Assembly (NCBI GenBank): GCA_036338595.1
Contig: JAYZBV010000012.1
Location: forward strand, 1 to 35,018
Source: Planctomycetota bacterium
Lineage (GTDB): Bacteria; Planctomycetota; UBA8108; UBA1146
Length of the DNA stretch: 35,018 nucleotides
Reading direction: 5' to 3'
The notes beneath the pieces are model-generated. The model was not told the origin of the DNA and searched no databases. It was given only the letters and a program-made list of their open reading frames with translations. Numbering within the stretch: position 1 is the stretch's first letter; the number at the start of each line of letters is the position of its first letter. This document shows, one piece after another, positions 27,426-35,018 of this stretch. Position numbers and translations under genes: made by a program.

Positions 27426-29062
27426 CTTGCCACCAATCCATCCTCATTCACAAAGAGGAGTCCTAACTGCTTCTGAAGCCTCAGCAACTGGATCTCATGG
27501 GCGACGATTCGATCCAGTTGATCATTCTTCGCAGCCGTCAGGGAGTTGGTGGCCTCGACCACATCCCGGTTCGTCCCCGTACCTCGCAACTGGTCGATCT
27601 CCGCCTTCTCGACGCTGAAAGTCACAGACTGTATCTTTTTCACACCCAGTTCAATCTGGTCCTTTCGCTGCTTCAAGGTGCGCAGGGAATCACGCACTTC
27701 CAGGATGACTTCATCTCGCTGGCGGTCCAGTTCTCGGTTCGCCTGATCCAGCGAGATTTCTGCTGATCGGAAATTGTTGATCTGACTCTTTCGGTCGAGC
27801 GGAATTTCCATGACGAGTCCTACGGAATAGTCATCCGAATCATCGATGTTCAGATCTGAGAATCGAAATTCTGGATCCGCAGCAGCAGAATACCCCAATG
27901 AGAGGGAAAGCGATGGCAGCAGTGAATTGGATGCGATGTTGAGCCCACGCTCTGCATCCTCGAGTTGATCTCTTGTCGTCCGGAGATCCAGTCTGTTGTT
28001 AAGTGCCGCCTCTACCGCTCCGTCGAGGTCCATCTCGAAGGGAGACACATCTGGAAAGTCATCCTGGATGACGAACTCCACAGTGGTTGGCAAGCCAAGG
28101 TCAATCTTGAACTGGTCTATCGAGAGACTGAAGGCCTGCTCCGCATCGAGACCACTATTCTGGGCTTCAAGAAGTGCTTGCTCGGCACGAAAAACATCCA
28201 GGCTATTTCCACGGCCGAGCCGAAACAGAGCCTTTGCCTGTTCCCACGCAAATCGCTGCCCCTCGATGTTCTCTCGTGTATTGGTGAGCTTTTTCTGCTG
28301 GCTGATGAGCCCGAAATACTTTTCGGTGATCTGGATGACAAAATCCTGCCGATACAATTCAAAGTTTCTGGCCCTGTAGAGAAGGCTGCGCTCTGCCTGG
28401 GTCAGCGACTCGAAGGCGAGATCATGCCCCGCACCCCGAAGCAATGGCTGATTGAATGACAGGGATGCGGATGTATTCGCAGTCTGGAGATCCGCCAGGG
28501 GATCATCGGATGTGCTCAACGACGAATTGGCGTTGATTCCCAGACTTCCGCCGGTAAATAGCAACATGCTTCCACCGATGGACAGAGCTGCCACATCCTG
28601 ATAATCGCGGTCAGATCCATCCGAAGCGGTGAATGACGCCGTCGAATTGAACACTGGCCGCAAGAAGTCCCTTCTCGTCAAGCCGAGTGAGAGAGCACTG
28701 AGAAATAGCGACTCCCTCTGGGATTGATATGACCGGCTGTGCCGTGTCGCAATCATGAGAGCAGATTGCAGGTCAAGAGTATCAGGGACATCGATTTCCA
28801 GAGGTGTTGGCTCTCGATGGGATACAGGTGCATCCGGCTCGATCAGTTGCTCCTGCCGAAACCGATCCACCTCTGCAACCTTTTCAGCCCGGATGCGGTT
28901 TCCTTCTCTCTCGGCGGTGGCATGGTCTCTGGCCGAGCATGAACAGAGCAGCAGGAGCAGTGCGGGGATCAACAAATAGTCCCCGGTCCTTACAGCTCGC
29001 GCCGAAGGATCGTAATCACTTCCCGGGAAACAGATCTGGCGAACTCGTTTTCGGATGATCAA
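27422..29062 (-). CDS. TolC-family outer-membrane efflux protein, probable lipoprotein (start uncertain)
   Basis: Lipobox-like LLLLLCSC; QPLLRGAG, ALNNRLDL, LLPSLSL, EIPLDR; first gene of the ATGA/GTGA-overlapped exporter operon. The true start lies between about 28980 and 29062. Confidence 0.85.
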   Translation of the reverse strand: MIIRKRVRQICFPGSDYDPSARAVRTGDYLLIPALLLLLCSCSARDHATAEREGNRIRAEKVAEVDRFRQEQLIEPDAPVSHREPTPLEIDVPDTLDLQSALMIATRHSRSYQSQRESLFLSALSLGLTRRDFLRPVFNSTASFTASDGSDRDYQDVAALSIGGSMLLFTGGSLGINANSSLSTSDDPLADLQTANTSASLSFNQPLLRGAGHDLAFESLTQAERSLLYRARNFELYRQDFVIQITEKYFGLISQQKKLTNTRENIEGQRFAWEQAKALFRLGRGNSLDVFRAEQALLEAQNSGLDAEQAFSLSIDQFKIDLGLPTTVEFVIQDDFPDVSPFEMDLDGAVEAALNNRLDLRTTRDQLEDAERGLNIASNSLLPSLSLSLGYSAAADPEFRFSDLNIDDSDDYSVGLVMEIPLDRKSQINNFRSAEISLDQANRELDRQRDEVILEVRDSLRTLKQRKDQIELGVKKIQSVTFSVEKAEIDQLRGTGTNRDVVEATNSLTAAKNDQLDRIVAHEIQLLRLQKQLGLLFVNEDGLVAR

Positions 29063-29192
29063 CCTCTTTCGTGGGACCTCTGGATAGGAGCCAGCAAATC
29101 CCCACTGGAGTGTAGTCTCGCAGGAATCGGCCACCATGTCAGGAGAATCATCGATCCCGACGAAGGTAGATGACGAGTGTCGGATCAAAGGA

Positions 29193-29224
29193 GATCGCCC
29201 CCATCGTTGCCGACGGGGGCGATC
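29193..29224 (-). terminator. Hairpin downstream of tRNA-Asn (probable intrinsic terminator or processing stem)
   Basis: Minus strand GATCGCCCCCGTCG-GCAA-CGATGGGGGCGATC: 14-bp stem with GNRA loop, followed by a weak U-tract TCCTTT. Confidence 0.7.
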
Positions 29225-29225
29225 A

Positions 29226-29301
29226 TGGCTCCCCAGGTTGGATTCGAACCAACAACCAAGTGGTTAACAGCCACCTACTCTGCCAATTGAGCTACCGGGG
29301 A
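29226..29301 (-). tRNA. tRNA-Asn (GTT)
   Basis: TCCCCGGTAGCTCAATTGGCAGAGTAGGTGGCTGTTAACCACTTGGTTGTTGGTTCGAATCCAACCTGGGGAGCCA: 76 nt cloverleaf, anticodon GTT, TTCGAAT loop, discriminator G, encoded CCA. Confidence 0.98.
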
Positions 29302-29322
29302 ATCGATTGGCCTTGGAGCCGA

Positions 29323-29351
29323 AACTTATCCCTCATCCCGAATACTGTCAA
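29323..29351 (-). promoter_or_regulatory. Sigma70-type promoter for tRNA-Asn
   Basis: TTGACA (29351-29346), 17 nt spacer, TAAGTT (29328-29323); about 20 nt upstream of the tRNA 5' end. Confidence 0.75.
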
Positions 29352-29445
29352 CAATACGCAAGGAGAGAGTGCAGAAGGTGCCCGATACGGGACGGTCTTG
29401 GTATTGACTTTACGCAATTACCTGCGATTTTGCCGTGGAGGAGGA

Positions 29446-30477
29446 ATGATGGGACCAGAACGATCTTCGACCAATCACGGCAGCGCCACGCTGCCCTCCG
29501 AGGTGCAGCGGCTCCACAACAGATTCCCCGAGTTCATCGGCAGTTCACCGCCGTTGATCCGGATGTTGCAGCAGCTGGAAAAGATCGCTTCCAGTGATTC
29601 GACGGTATTGATCCTCGGCGAGAGCGGCACCGGAAAGGAACTGGTGGGCCGTGCGATTCATCGCCTCAGCCCTCGCCGAAACGGTCCGTTCATCTGTGAA
29701 AACTGCGCCGCCATCTCCCCCGCCCTGCTCGATGGCGAACTATTTGGTCACACTCGTGGCGCATTTACCGGTGCCATATCCGAACGTGCGGGACTGATCG
29801 AAAGTGCCGAAGGAGGGATCCTCCTTCTCGACGAAATCGGTGAGATGGAGGGGCCACTTCAGACGAAACTGTTGCGGGTACTCCAGGAGCGGGAGATACG
29901 CAGGGTTGGAAGTAGCCAGACGAAGAAAGTAAATTTCCGTCTGTTGGCGGCAACTCATCGAGATCTGGAAAAGGAAGTCGAGAATGGCCGATTCCGCGAT
30001 GACCTGCGCTACCGGGTCGATGTGCTTCGAGTCGAGGTCCCTACACTTCGCCAACGCCGCCAGGACATTCCAACCTTGAGCCAGTACTACCTTCGAGGGT
30101 TTTGCCGCAAGGAAAAACGGAGGGCCCCAACGTTTTCTCCGGATGCGCTCTCCGTACTGATCAGTTCGCCCTGGAAGGGAAATGTTCGAGAACTCAGAAA
30201 CGAGATGGAGCGTCTATCCGCCCAGGGCAAGGAACGCATCCTTGCCGAGGACCTCTCGGAATCGATACGCAGAAATGGGCTTCCTCACCCCATCGCAAGA
30301 AGACTTCGCGCTGAACTGGGAACGGATCTGAGGAGGCTCGAGGAGATTGTGCTCGGCGGCATCGTGCGAGATGTGCTGACGGAGACGGAGGGCAACAAGG
30401 CGAGAGCAGCAAGGATCCTCGGCATTCCGAAGACCACCCTCTACCGCAGGTTGGCCAGGTGGCGTCTGCTCAGCTGA
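29446..30477 (+). CDS. Sigma54-dependent enhancer-binding protein (AAA+ plus Fis HTH) lacking an N-terminal sensory domain
   Basis: ATG 29446 after GGAGGAGG; GESGTGKE, GAFTGA, LLDEIGE, WKGNVREL, NKARAARILGIPKTTLYRRL. Confidence 0.92.
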   Translation: MMGPERSSTNHGSATLPSEVQRLHNRFPEFIGSSPPLIRMLQQLEKIASSDSTVLILGESGTGKELVGRAIHRLSPRRNGPFICENCAAISPALLDGELFGHTRGAFTGAISERAGLIESAEGGILLLDEIGEMEGPLQTKLLRVLQEREIRRVGSSQTKKVNFRLLAATHRDLEKEVENGRFRDDLRYRVDVLRVEVPTLRQRRQDIPTLSQYYLRGFCRKEKRRAPTFSPDALSVLISSPWKGNVRELRNEMERLSAQGKERILAEDLSESIRRNGLPHPIARRLRAELGTDLRRLEEIVLGGIVRDVLTETEGNKARAARILGIPKTTLYRRLARWRLLS

Positions 30478-30558
30478 GGGATTGCCACCGGACACGGGTT
30501 GCGATCGGAGCGCGAGTACCGCCATCTGCGCTCTCTCTGATCGCACGAAATGACGCCG

Positions 30559-31149
30559 TCAGGTATCGGTCTCATGGACCTGAGCGATGAAGGGCAGATT
30601 GCGATAGTAGCCCTGCCAGTCGAGTCCATAGCCGACCACGAAATCATTCGGTATCTCGAAGCCGCAGAAGTCCACGGAAGCGAGTTTCACGTTATTGGCT
30701 GGCTTGTGCAGGAGCGAACAGACCGATACAGAAGCTGGGTTACGCGATTCCAGGTTTGACTTCAGGTACTGAACCGTCAGACCCGTATCCACGATATCTT
30801 CAACCACAAGAACATGACGATTCGAGATCGCTTGTTGCAGGTCGAGTTCCAGTTTGACCTCGCCGGTGGTGACCACTGAATTGCCATATGACGACGCTCT
30901 CAAGAAATCAATACTGAAGGGGAAGTCGAGTTGCCTCACCAGATCCGCAACAAACACAAAGGCTCCCTTGAGCACACAGACGATGATGGGATCCAGTTCT
31001 CCCAGTTGCTCTCTCACATCCCGAGAAAGTTCAGCCACTCGAACTCGAATCTCCTCCTCCCCGAGTAGTAATTCCATTCGATGTGGAGGAAGTGGTGGTT
31101 CAGGTTTCATCTTGTATTTCATCTCGGTAGCCATCGTGTCTTTCTGCAA
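30559..31149 (-). CDS. hpt: Hypoxanthine phosphoribosyltransferase
   Basis: VLKGAFVFVADL, ASSYG, PRPP loop VEDIVDTGLT, FVVGYGLD, YRNLP. Start may be ATG 31134. Confidence 0.95.
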   Translation of the reverse strand: MQKDTMATEMKYKMKPEPPLPPHRMELLLGEEEIRVRVAELSRDVREQLGELDPIIVCVLKGAFVFVADLVRQLDFPFSIDFLRASSYGNSVVTTGEVKLELDLQQAISNRHVLVVEDIVDTGLTVQYLKSNLESRNPASVSVCSLLHKPANNVKLASVDFCGFEIPNDFVVGYGLDWQGYYRNLPFIAQVHETDT

Positions 31150-31182
31150 TGATCTTTCTGACCAGGTTGATTCGAGTAGATA

Positions 31183-31992
31183 CTAGATCCAGGAATTATT
31201 GATGATTTCGCCAACACCGCCGGCTCCCGGAACGATGTAGTCGACCTCGTTGAGACCGCTCTCTCGAGAGTCGCTACCCGGAATCATACCCAGAACCTCC
31301 GCTGGACTCGCCCCACGATCGAGGCGGAGAGTCCAGATTTTGATTCCCGGCAACTGAGATGTCATGTGCCGGATGTACTCGGGGGTGACGATGAGGTGTG
31401 CGGTGATGATCGCTGCAGGATTCCCCTCCACTTGCTCCTGATAGTGTTGGATCACCCGCAGCAGCGATGACCCTGTGGCCCCCATCGGATCGGGAAACAA
31501 CAGGAATCGGCCCTCGATATCTCCGCCGATCTTGGTGCCGTACAGTTCCGCTCCCGTGACGGCGCCCTTTTCATCGACGGTGCGCTCCATCGTGACATGG
31601 TCCTGGCGAACTCCTTCAGGATCCAGAACCTGGTGAAGCAACTGCTGACAAATATGCGAGGGGATGGTGCCCGCGCGGGCAACATTGACGGTCACAGCAC
31701 GACTGGCTCGATCGATCACCTGCCCACGGAACACACCCAGGGGCGAGTACTGTTTCATGTTGGTGTCACACTCGATGACGGTTCTGGGTAACTCCTGTGC
31801 CAGCATCCGCTGGAGCAAGATCCTGTAGACCGTATCCAGAAGGTCGTTGAAGCGCGGCTGCGAAGTGCCCGGTTGGCACAACTCGGAGAGCAAACTCATC
31901 GAGTAGGGTTCGGAGAGGATATGAACACCTTCTCCGTACTCGTGCTCGATACCGCCGGATTCGTCACCCAGGTTTTCGTATGCTGTTTCCAA
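31183..31992 (-). CDS. upp: Uracil phosphoribosyltransferase (divergent, long form)
   Basis: ARAG, PRPP loop DPMGATGSS, terminal LNEVDYIVPGAGGVGE (canonical YIVPGLGDAGD); lies between cdd and hpt. Confidence 0.75.
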   Translation of the reverse strand: METAYENLGDESGGIEHEYGEGVHILSEPYSMSLLSELCQPGTSQPRFNDLLDTVYRILLQRMLAQELPRTVIECDTNMKQYSPLGVFRGQVIDRASRAVTVNVARAGTIPSHICQQLLHQVLDPEGVRQDHVTMERTVDEKGAVTGAELYGTKIGGDIEGRFLLFPDPMGATGSSLLRVIQHYQEQVEGNPAAIITAHLIVTPEYIRHMTSQLPGIKIWTLRLDRGASPAEVLGMIPGSDSRESGLNEVDYIVPGAGGVGEIINNSWI

Positions 31993-31996
31993 GGCG

Positions 31997-32443
31997 TCAC
32001 TCCTCGCCGGATCTCAGGTCCGCCGCATTGAAGGCGTGAGGCAATAATTCCAGGAGAGACACGGACTGGCTACTGGTTCCGTCCCAGATCCAGACGGTCA
32101 ACTCCGATGAGCCCGGCAGTTCGGACAGCACTTGCCTGCACGCACCGCACGGCATCGCCAGGCTCCACTCTCCGGAATCTGCTCCTCTTGCTGCGACGGC
32201 GATGGCACGGGGGGTTCCAGGGGCTCCAGCAGCGGCCCAGTTCATGACGGCGCCCCGCTCGGCACAGATGGTGAGGCCGTAACTGGCGTTTTCGACATTA
32301 CATCCGCCGAAGATCTGAGAATCACTCCACAGAGCCGCGCCAACGTGGAAGCGGGAGTAGGGAGCCCTGGCGTGGTCGACCTGGTGACGAGCCGCCTCCA
32401 GCAGTGCCTCGACATCGACGATGGACTCGGATGACTGGGACAA
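31997..32443 (-). CDS. cdd: Cytidine deaminase (homotetrameric type)
   Basis: APYSRFHVGAAL, GCNVENASYGLTICAE, PCGACRQ, LLPHAF. Start probably TTG 32443 after GAAGGGGG (ORF track uses 32521). Confidence 0.93.
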   Translation of the reverse strand: MSQSSESIVDVEALLEAARHQVDHARAPYSRFHVGAALWSDSQIFGGCNVENASYGLTICAERGAVMNWAAAGAPGTPRAIAVAARGADSGEWSLAMPCGACRQVLSELPGSSELTVWIWDGTSSQSVSLLELLPHAFNAADLRSGEE

Positions 32444-32536
32444 GGGCCCCCCTTCGGGGGGGAATGATAGCACGAGCGACGGAAATTTTCCGCCTGGCGC
32501 TTCCCTTCCTGTCGATGCCACTGCAAGGAGTGTCGG

Positions 32537-34390
32537 TCAGGGCATCACTTCCAGCAGCCTGGAGCAATCGGGGTCCGTCAGCCACAGCGCCGCCTCGGAT
32601 GGTTCCTGGACGTCTTCCCCTCGCAGGGCAGAGTGCAAGGCGATCGTGGTCTGATTGCCATGGCCCTCGAGCAACAACTCCGAGAGCGCCCCACGCGCTG
32701 GTGCATCGGCCACCTCGGAACTGAGCAACGAGAGTGCCCCGACCATCAAGGCTGCCGATACATCCGCCGGGTCCTGCTCCAGTTTTGACCAGAGAAGCCC
32801 CCGGATGGACGGAGCCGAATCTCCAAGAATCCGCTGTTCGTTCCAGCGTACCGACAACAACGAAGGATCCAGTTCGATGGCCACGGCGAGGTCCTCTGCC
32901 GCACCTTCGACATCCTCCACCATCAGGCGACCCATCGATCGCAACAGCCATGGCAGTCCAACATCGGAGAGACCCTCGAGTGCATCATCGATCAGCGGCA
33001 ACGCCAGCGCAGGATCGCCACCCGCCATGGCATGCCAGCCGTCGCAGAGATTCGCCCGGAAAATCTCCAGGTCTGAAGATTCTGCGATGGGTTCGTCATC
33101 GGCGAACTGGATGGTCGCGTCACTGGTGCTGTAGTCATCACCACCACCCCGGGCCGTGGAAATCCACACCGAGGATCCGTATCGAGAACTCCAGCGGCCG
33201 TGATGCCACCAGATGAAGTGCGAACTCGAACTGTAGCACCAGGGGAGTGCCCAGCTATGGCACCAGGGATCCGGATGATGCAGGTACCAGGGGCTCCAGC
33301 AGCCGACCGCCCAGGGGTGGTGCCACACGGAACCATGGTGAGTCCAGCTGCCCAGATAGGTGGTGTAGTAGTAGGAGGAGCCTGGCAGGCAATACCACGG
33401 AAGTGGCGTGCTGGGCCAGTTGTAGACGGTGGTTCCGCCCGGGATGTTGGTCCCGCCCGCAGGGGAAACCGGGGGTAGCGGCAAGGGGTACGCCGGCGGG
33501 GCAGATCCCGGTCTGGGCGAGAGGGAGACTCGCCTCGAACGGGTCGTCGTGCCGGTCAGCGGCTTTCGGGGCCCGCTCGGTTTTGCGATTCTTCGGATCA
33601 GGGCTCGAGTCGCATCCGCAGGTCTCGTCACCAGGGGCTTCGTTCTCGATGGCTTGCGAAGAAGGGTGCGAGTCGTCCCCAGTGCAGTGGACACTCGACC
33701 ACGTGTATCGCGCAGTGTCACGGTGCCCAGCAACTCCTGGGTCGCTCGATCCTGATTGCGGTCACGCAGCGCAGGAAGCGGCTTCTGCCCCGGCAACGCC
33801 GCCGGGATCACCTCTCGAGGAACACGGATGGTAGGCCGCACCGTCGAGCGCGGCCGGATGCTGGTCGAGGATCCAACCGTGGAACGGCTCCGAGAAGATG
33901 AGGCACGCGAAGATGGGGAACGAGCTGCTGCGCTTCGGCTCGGCGTCGGAGTGACGATGCCGCTGCTCCTGGTCGAGGGGCGAGGCTGGCTGGAAGTGGT
34001 TCTGGGTCTCGTCGAGACGGAGCCGCTCGATCGACTCGATGGTCGCACCTGTGGTCGGGTGGTCGTCGGCCTGGGCTGAACCTGAGGCCGAGTCTGAGGA
34101 CGGGGTGTCGGACGCACCTGCGGCCGTGACTGAGGACGGGGCGTCGGGCGCACCTGCGGCCGCGACTGAGGACGGGGCGTCGGGCGCACCTGCGGCCGTG
34201 ACTGAGGACGGGGAGCCGGGCGCACCTGCGGTCGCGGCGCTGGACGCGCCAGTGGCCGCACCTGAGGGGTTGCTGGCCGGGTGGAACTGCCTCTCGAACC
34301 GGCCTGGCTCCAGGCTTCCAGCGGAAAAAGCAGCGCCGGGACCAGCACCAGTAGCATCAGCATCTGAGATCGAGTTGAAGAACCGATCAT
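32537..34390 (-). CDS. Secreted protein: Pro/Arg/Ser/Thr-rich repeat region, Trp/His/Tyr-rich segment, C-terminal TPR-like domain
   Basis: ATG 34390 after GGAGGGAG; signal peptide ending AWS-Q; low-complexity tract; TPR-like segment (AAEDLAVAIELDP). Confidence 0.7.
   Translation of the reverse strand: MIGSSTRSQMLMLLVLVPALLFPLEAWSQAGSRGSSTRPATPQVRPLARPAPRPQVRPAPRPQSRPQVRPTPRPQSRPQVRPTPRPQSRPQVRPTPRPQTRPQVQPRPTTTRPQVRPSSRSSGSVSTRPRTTSSQPRPSTRSSGIVTPTPSRSAAARSPSSRASSSRSRSTVGSSTSIRPRSTVRPTIRVPREVIPAALPGQKPLPALRDRNQDRATQELLGTVTLRDTRGRVSTALGTTRTLLRKPSRTKPLVTRPADATRALIRRIAKPSGPRKPLTGTTTRSRRVSLSPRPGSAPPAYPLPLPPVSPAGGTNIPGGTTVYNWPSTPLPWYCLPGSSYYYTTYLGSWTHHGSVWHHPWAVGCWSPWYLHHPDPWCHSWALPWCYSSSSHFIWWHHGRWSSRYGSSVWISTARGGGDDYSTSDATIQFADDEPIAESSDLEIFRANLCDGWHAMAGGDPALALPLIDDALEGLSDVGLPWLLRSMGRLMVEDVEGAAEDLAVAIELDPSLLSVRWNEQRILGDSAPSIRGLLWSKLEQDPADVSAALMVGALSLLSSEVADAPARGALSELLLEGHGNQTTIALHSALRGEDVQEPSEAALWLTDPDCSRLLEVMP
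34081..34266 (-). repeat. Intragenic 36-bp tandem repeat (about 4 copies plus degenerate flanks) encoding RPQSRPQVRPTP
   Basis: Unit CTGAGGACGGGGYGTCGGRCGCACCTGCGGCCGYGA repeated on the plus strand. Confidence 0.9.
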
Positions 34391-34562
34391 CGGACTCCCT
34401 CCAGACTTCGCTCTTCGGCGCCGTGAATCGGCACCGGTACAGTGGGGACCGCCCCCAGGATACCACCTGGGCTGCCTTTCAGGGAGACGGCAGCATCGGG
34501 CCATCTGTGGAAAAACCGCACCTCATGACACCCTGCACCGAGATGACGGCGATATACGGCGA

Positions 34563-34946
34563 CTATTCAGTCGATCCTTCAGATTTTCCGGGAAAGATCA
34601 GCAGCGAGATGGCGGTGCCGACAAGGATGCCCATCAGGTCTGCCATCAGATCCTGAAGATCTCGGTGACGCCCGGGCACCAGCCCCTGGGCCGCTTCGTG
34701 AATCAAGGCAAACAGCACCAGGATCACCACTGCCCCCGGCAGCCAGCGAGAGGTGGAGGTGCGGGGTCCCCGCCAACCACGAAAGGTGAGGGTCAGGAAA
34801 CAGAATCCAACGGCATGGAGGACCAGATCTCGGCCGGGGAGCAACAGTGCCTCGGGAAGTTGACCGATTCGATCTCCCGGCAGCCAGCCGACGACCGCAG
34901 CCAGCAACAAGGTGATCCATGGCAGCCATCTTCCAGCAGATGGCAT
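34563..34946 (-). CDS. VanZ-like membrane protein
   Basis: DLVLHAVGF...L; HEAAQGLVPGRHRDLQDLMADLMGILVG. Confidence 0.85.
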   Translation of the reverse strand: MPSAGRWLPWITLLLAAVVGWLPGDRIGQLPEALLLPGRDLVLHAVGFCFLTLTFRGWRGPRTSTSRWLPGAVVILVLFALIHEAAQGLVPGRHRDLQDLMADLMGILVGTAISLLIFPGKSEGSTE

Positions 34947-34949
34947 CGC

Positions 34950-35018
34950 CTATCCCGATGCCTGTCCGAGTGCCCGCTCGAGCACAGCCATCCGCACCGG
35001 AACGCCGTTGGCCACCTG
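34950..35018 (-). CDS. pyrB: C-terminal 22 aa of aspartate carbamoyltransferase catalytic subunit (partial)
   Basis: Manual translation QVANGVPVRMAVLERALGQASG* matches the ATCase terminal motif Q..NGV.VRMA.L; only a short fragment is visible. Confidence 0.75.
   Translation of the reverse strand, partial: QVANGVPVRMAVLERALGQASG

Noticed and set aside
29193..29301. tRNA-Asn as an integration site for a genomic island
   Set aside because: No integrase, no duplicated tRNA 3' end seen in the window, and a hairpin directly follows the tRNA.
29170..29445. Apparent N-terminal extension of the sigma54 activator ORF
   Set aside because: It runs antisense through tRNA-Asn and its promoter; a strong RBS supports ATG 29446.
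34081..34266. 36-bp periodic repeat as a CRISPR array
   Set aside because: Units are contiguous with no unique spacers, keep the reading frame inside a CDS, and no cas genes are present.
33762..34656. Alternative-frame ORFs (33762..34466 minus; 34039..34656 plus) with Ala/Pro repeats
   Set aside because: By-products of the stop-free GC-rich tandem repeat; the signal-peptide frame with an RBS is better supported.

Overview
A gene-dense, moderately GC-rich bacterial chromosomal window with no phage, IS or CRISPR signal. It is most likely Planctomycetota, inferred from the dockerin-ended secreted protein, bacterial topoisomerase VI, the multiheme-TPR/CRTAC1 pair and the prenyltransferase-repeat lipoproteins. 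Left to right: a minus-strand unit (secreted thioredoxin-fold protein, arginase, SPFH protein running off the edge); NUDIX, top6B, top6A, MscS; alpha/beta hydrolase; membrane pentaheme cytochrome-TPR plus a CRTAC1/ASPIC-UnbV protein; cohesin/dockerin-like protein; metallophosphoesterase-LamG; DUF309, ArnT-like GT, PAP2; ArsR regulator; TraF-like beta-barrel; two prenyltransferase/squalene-oxidase-repeat lipoproteins behind a sigma54-type promoter; a MacAB-TolC-type exporter; tRNA-Asn(GTT); a sigma54 activator with no sensory domain; and a minus-strand run of hpt, upp, cdd, a repeat-rich secreted protein, a VanZ-like gene and the 3' end of pyrB. The best hidden signal is at 1628..2701: two ORFs split by the ORF caller are one reading frame interrupted by a TGA at the first Cys position of a thioredoxin CxxC motif (U-P-P-C). 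A bacterial SECIS-like hairpin follows, so this is a probable unannotated exported selenoprotein, translationally coupled to arginase. All family assignments are from motif recognition by eye; no searches were run.
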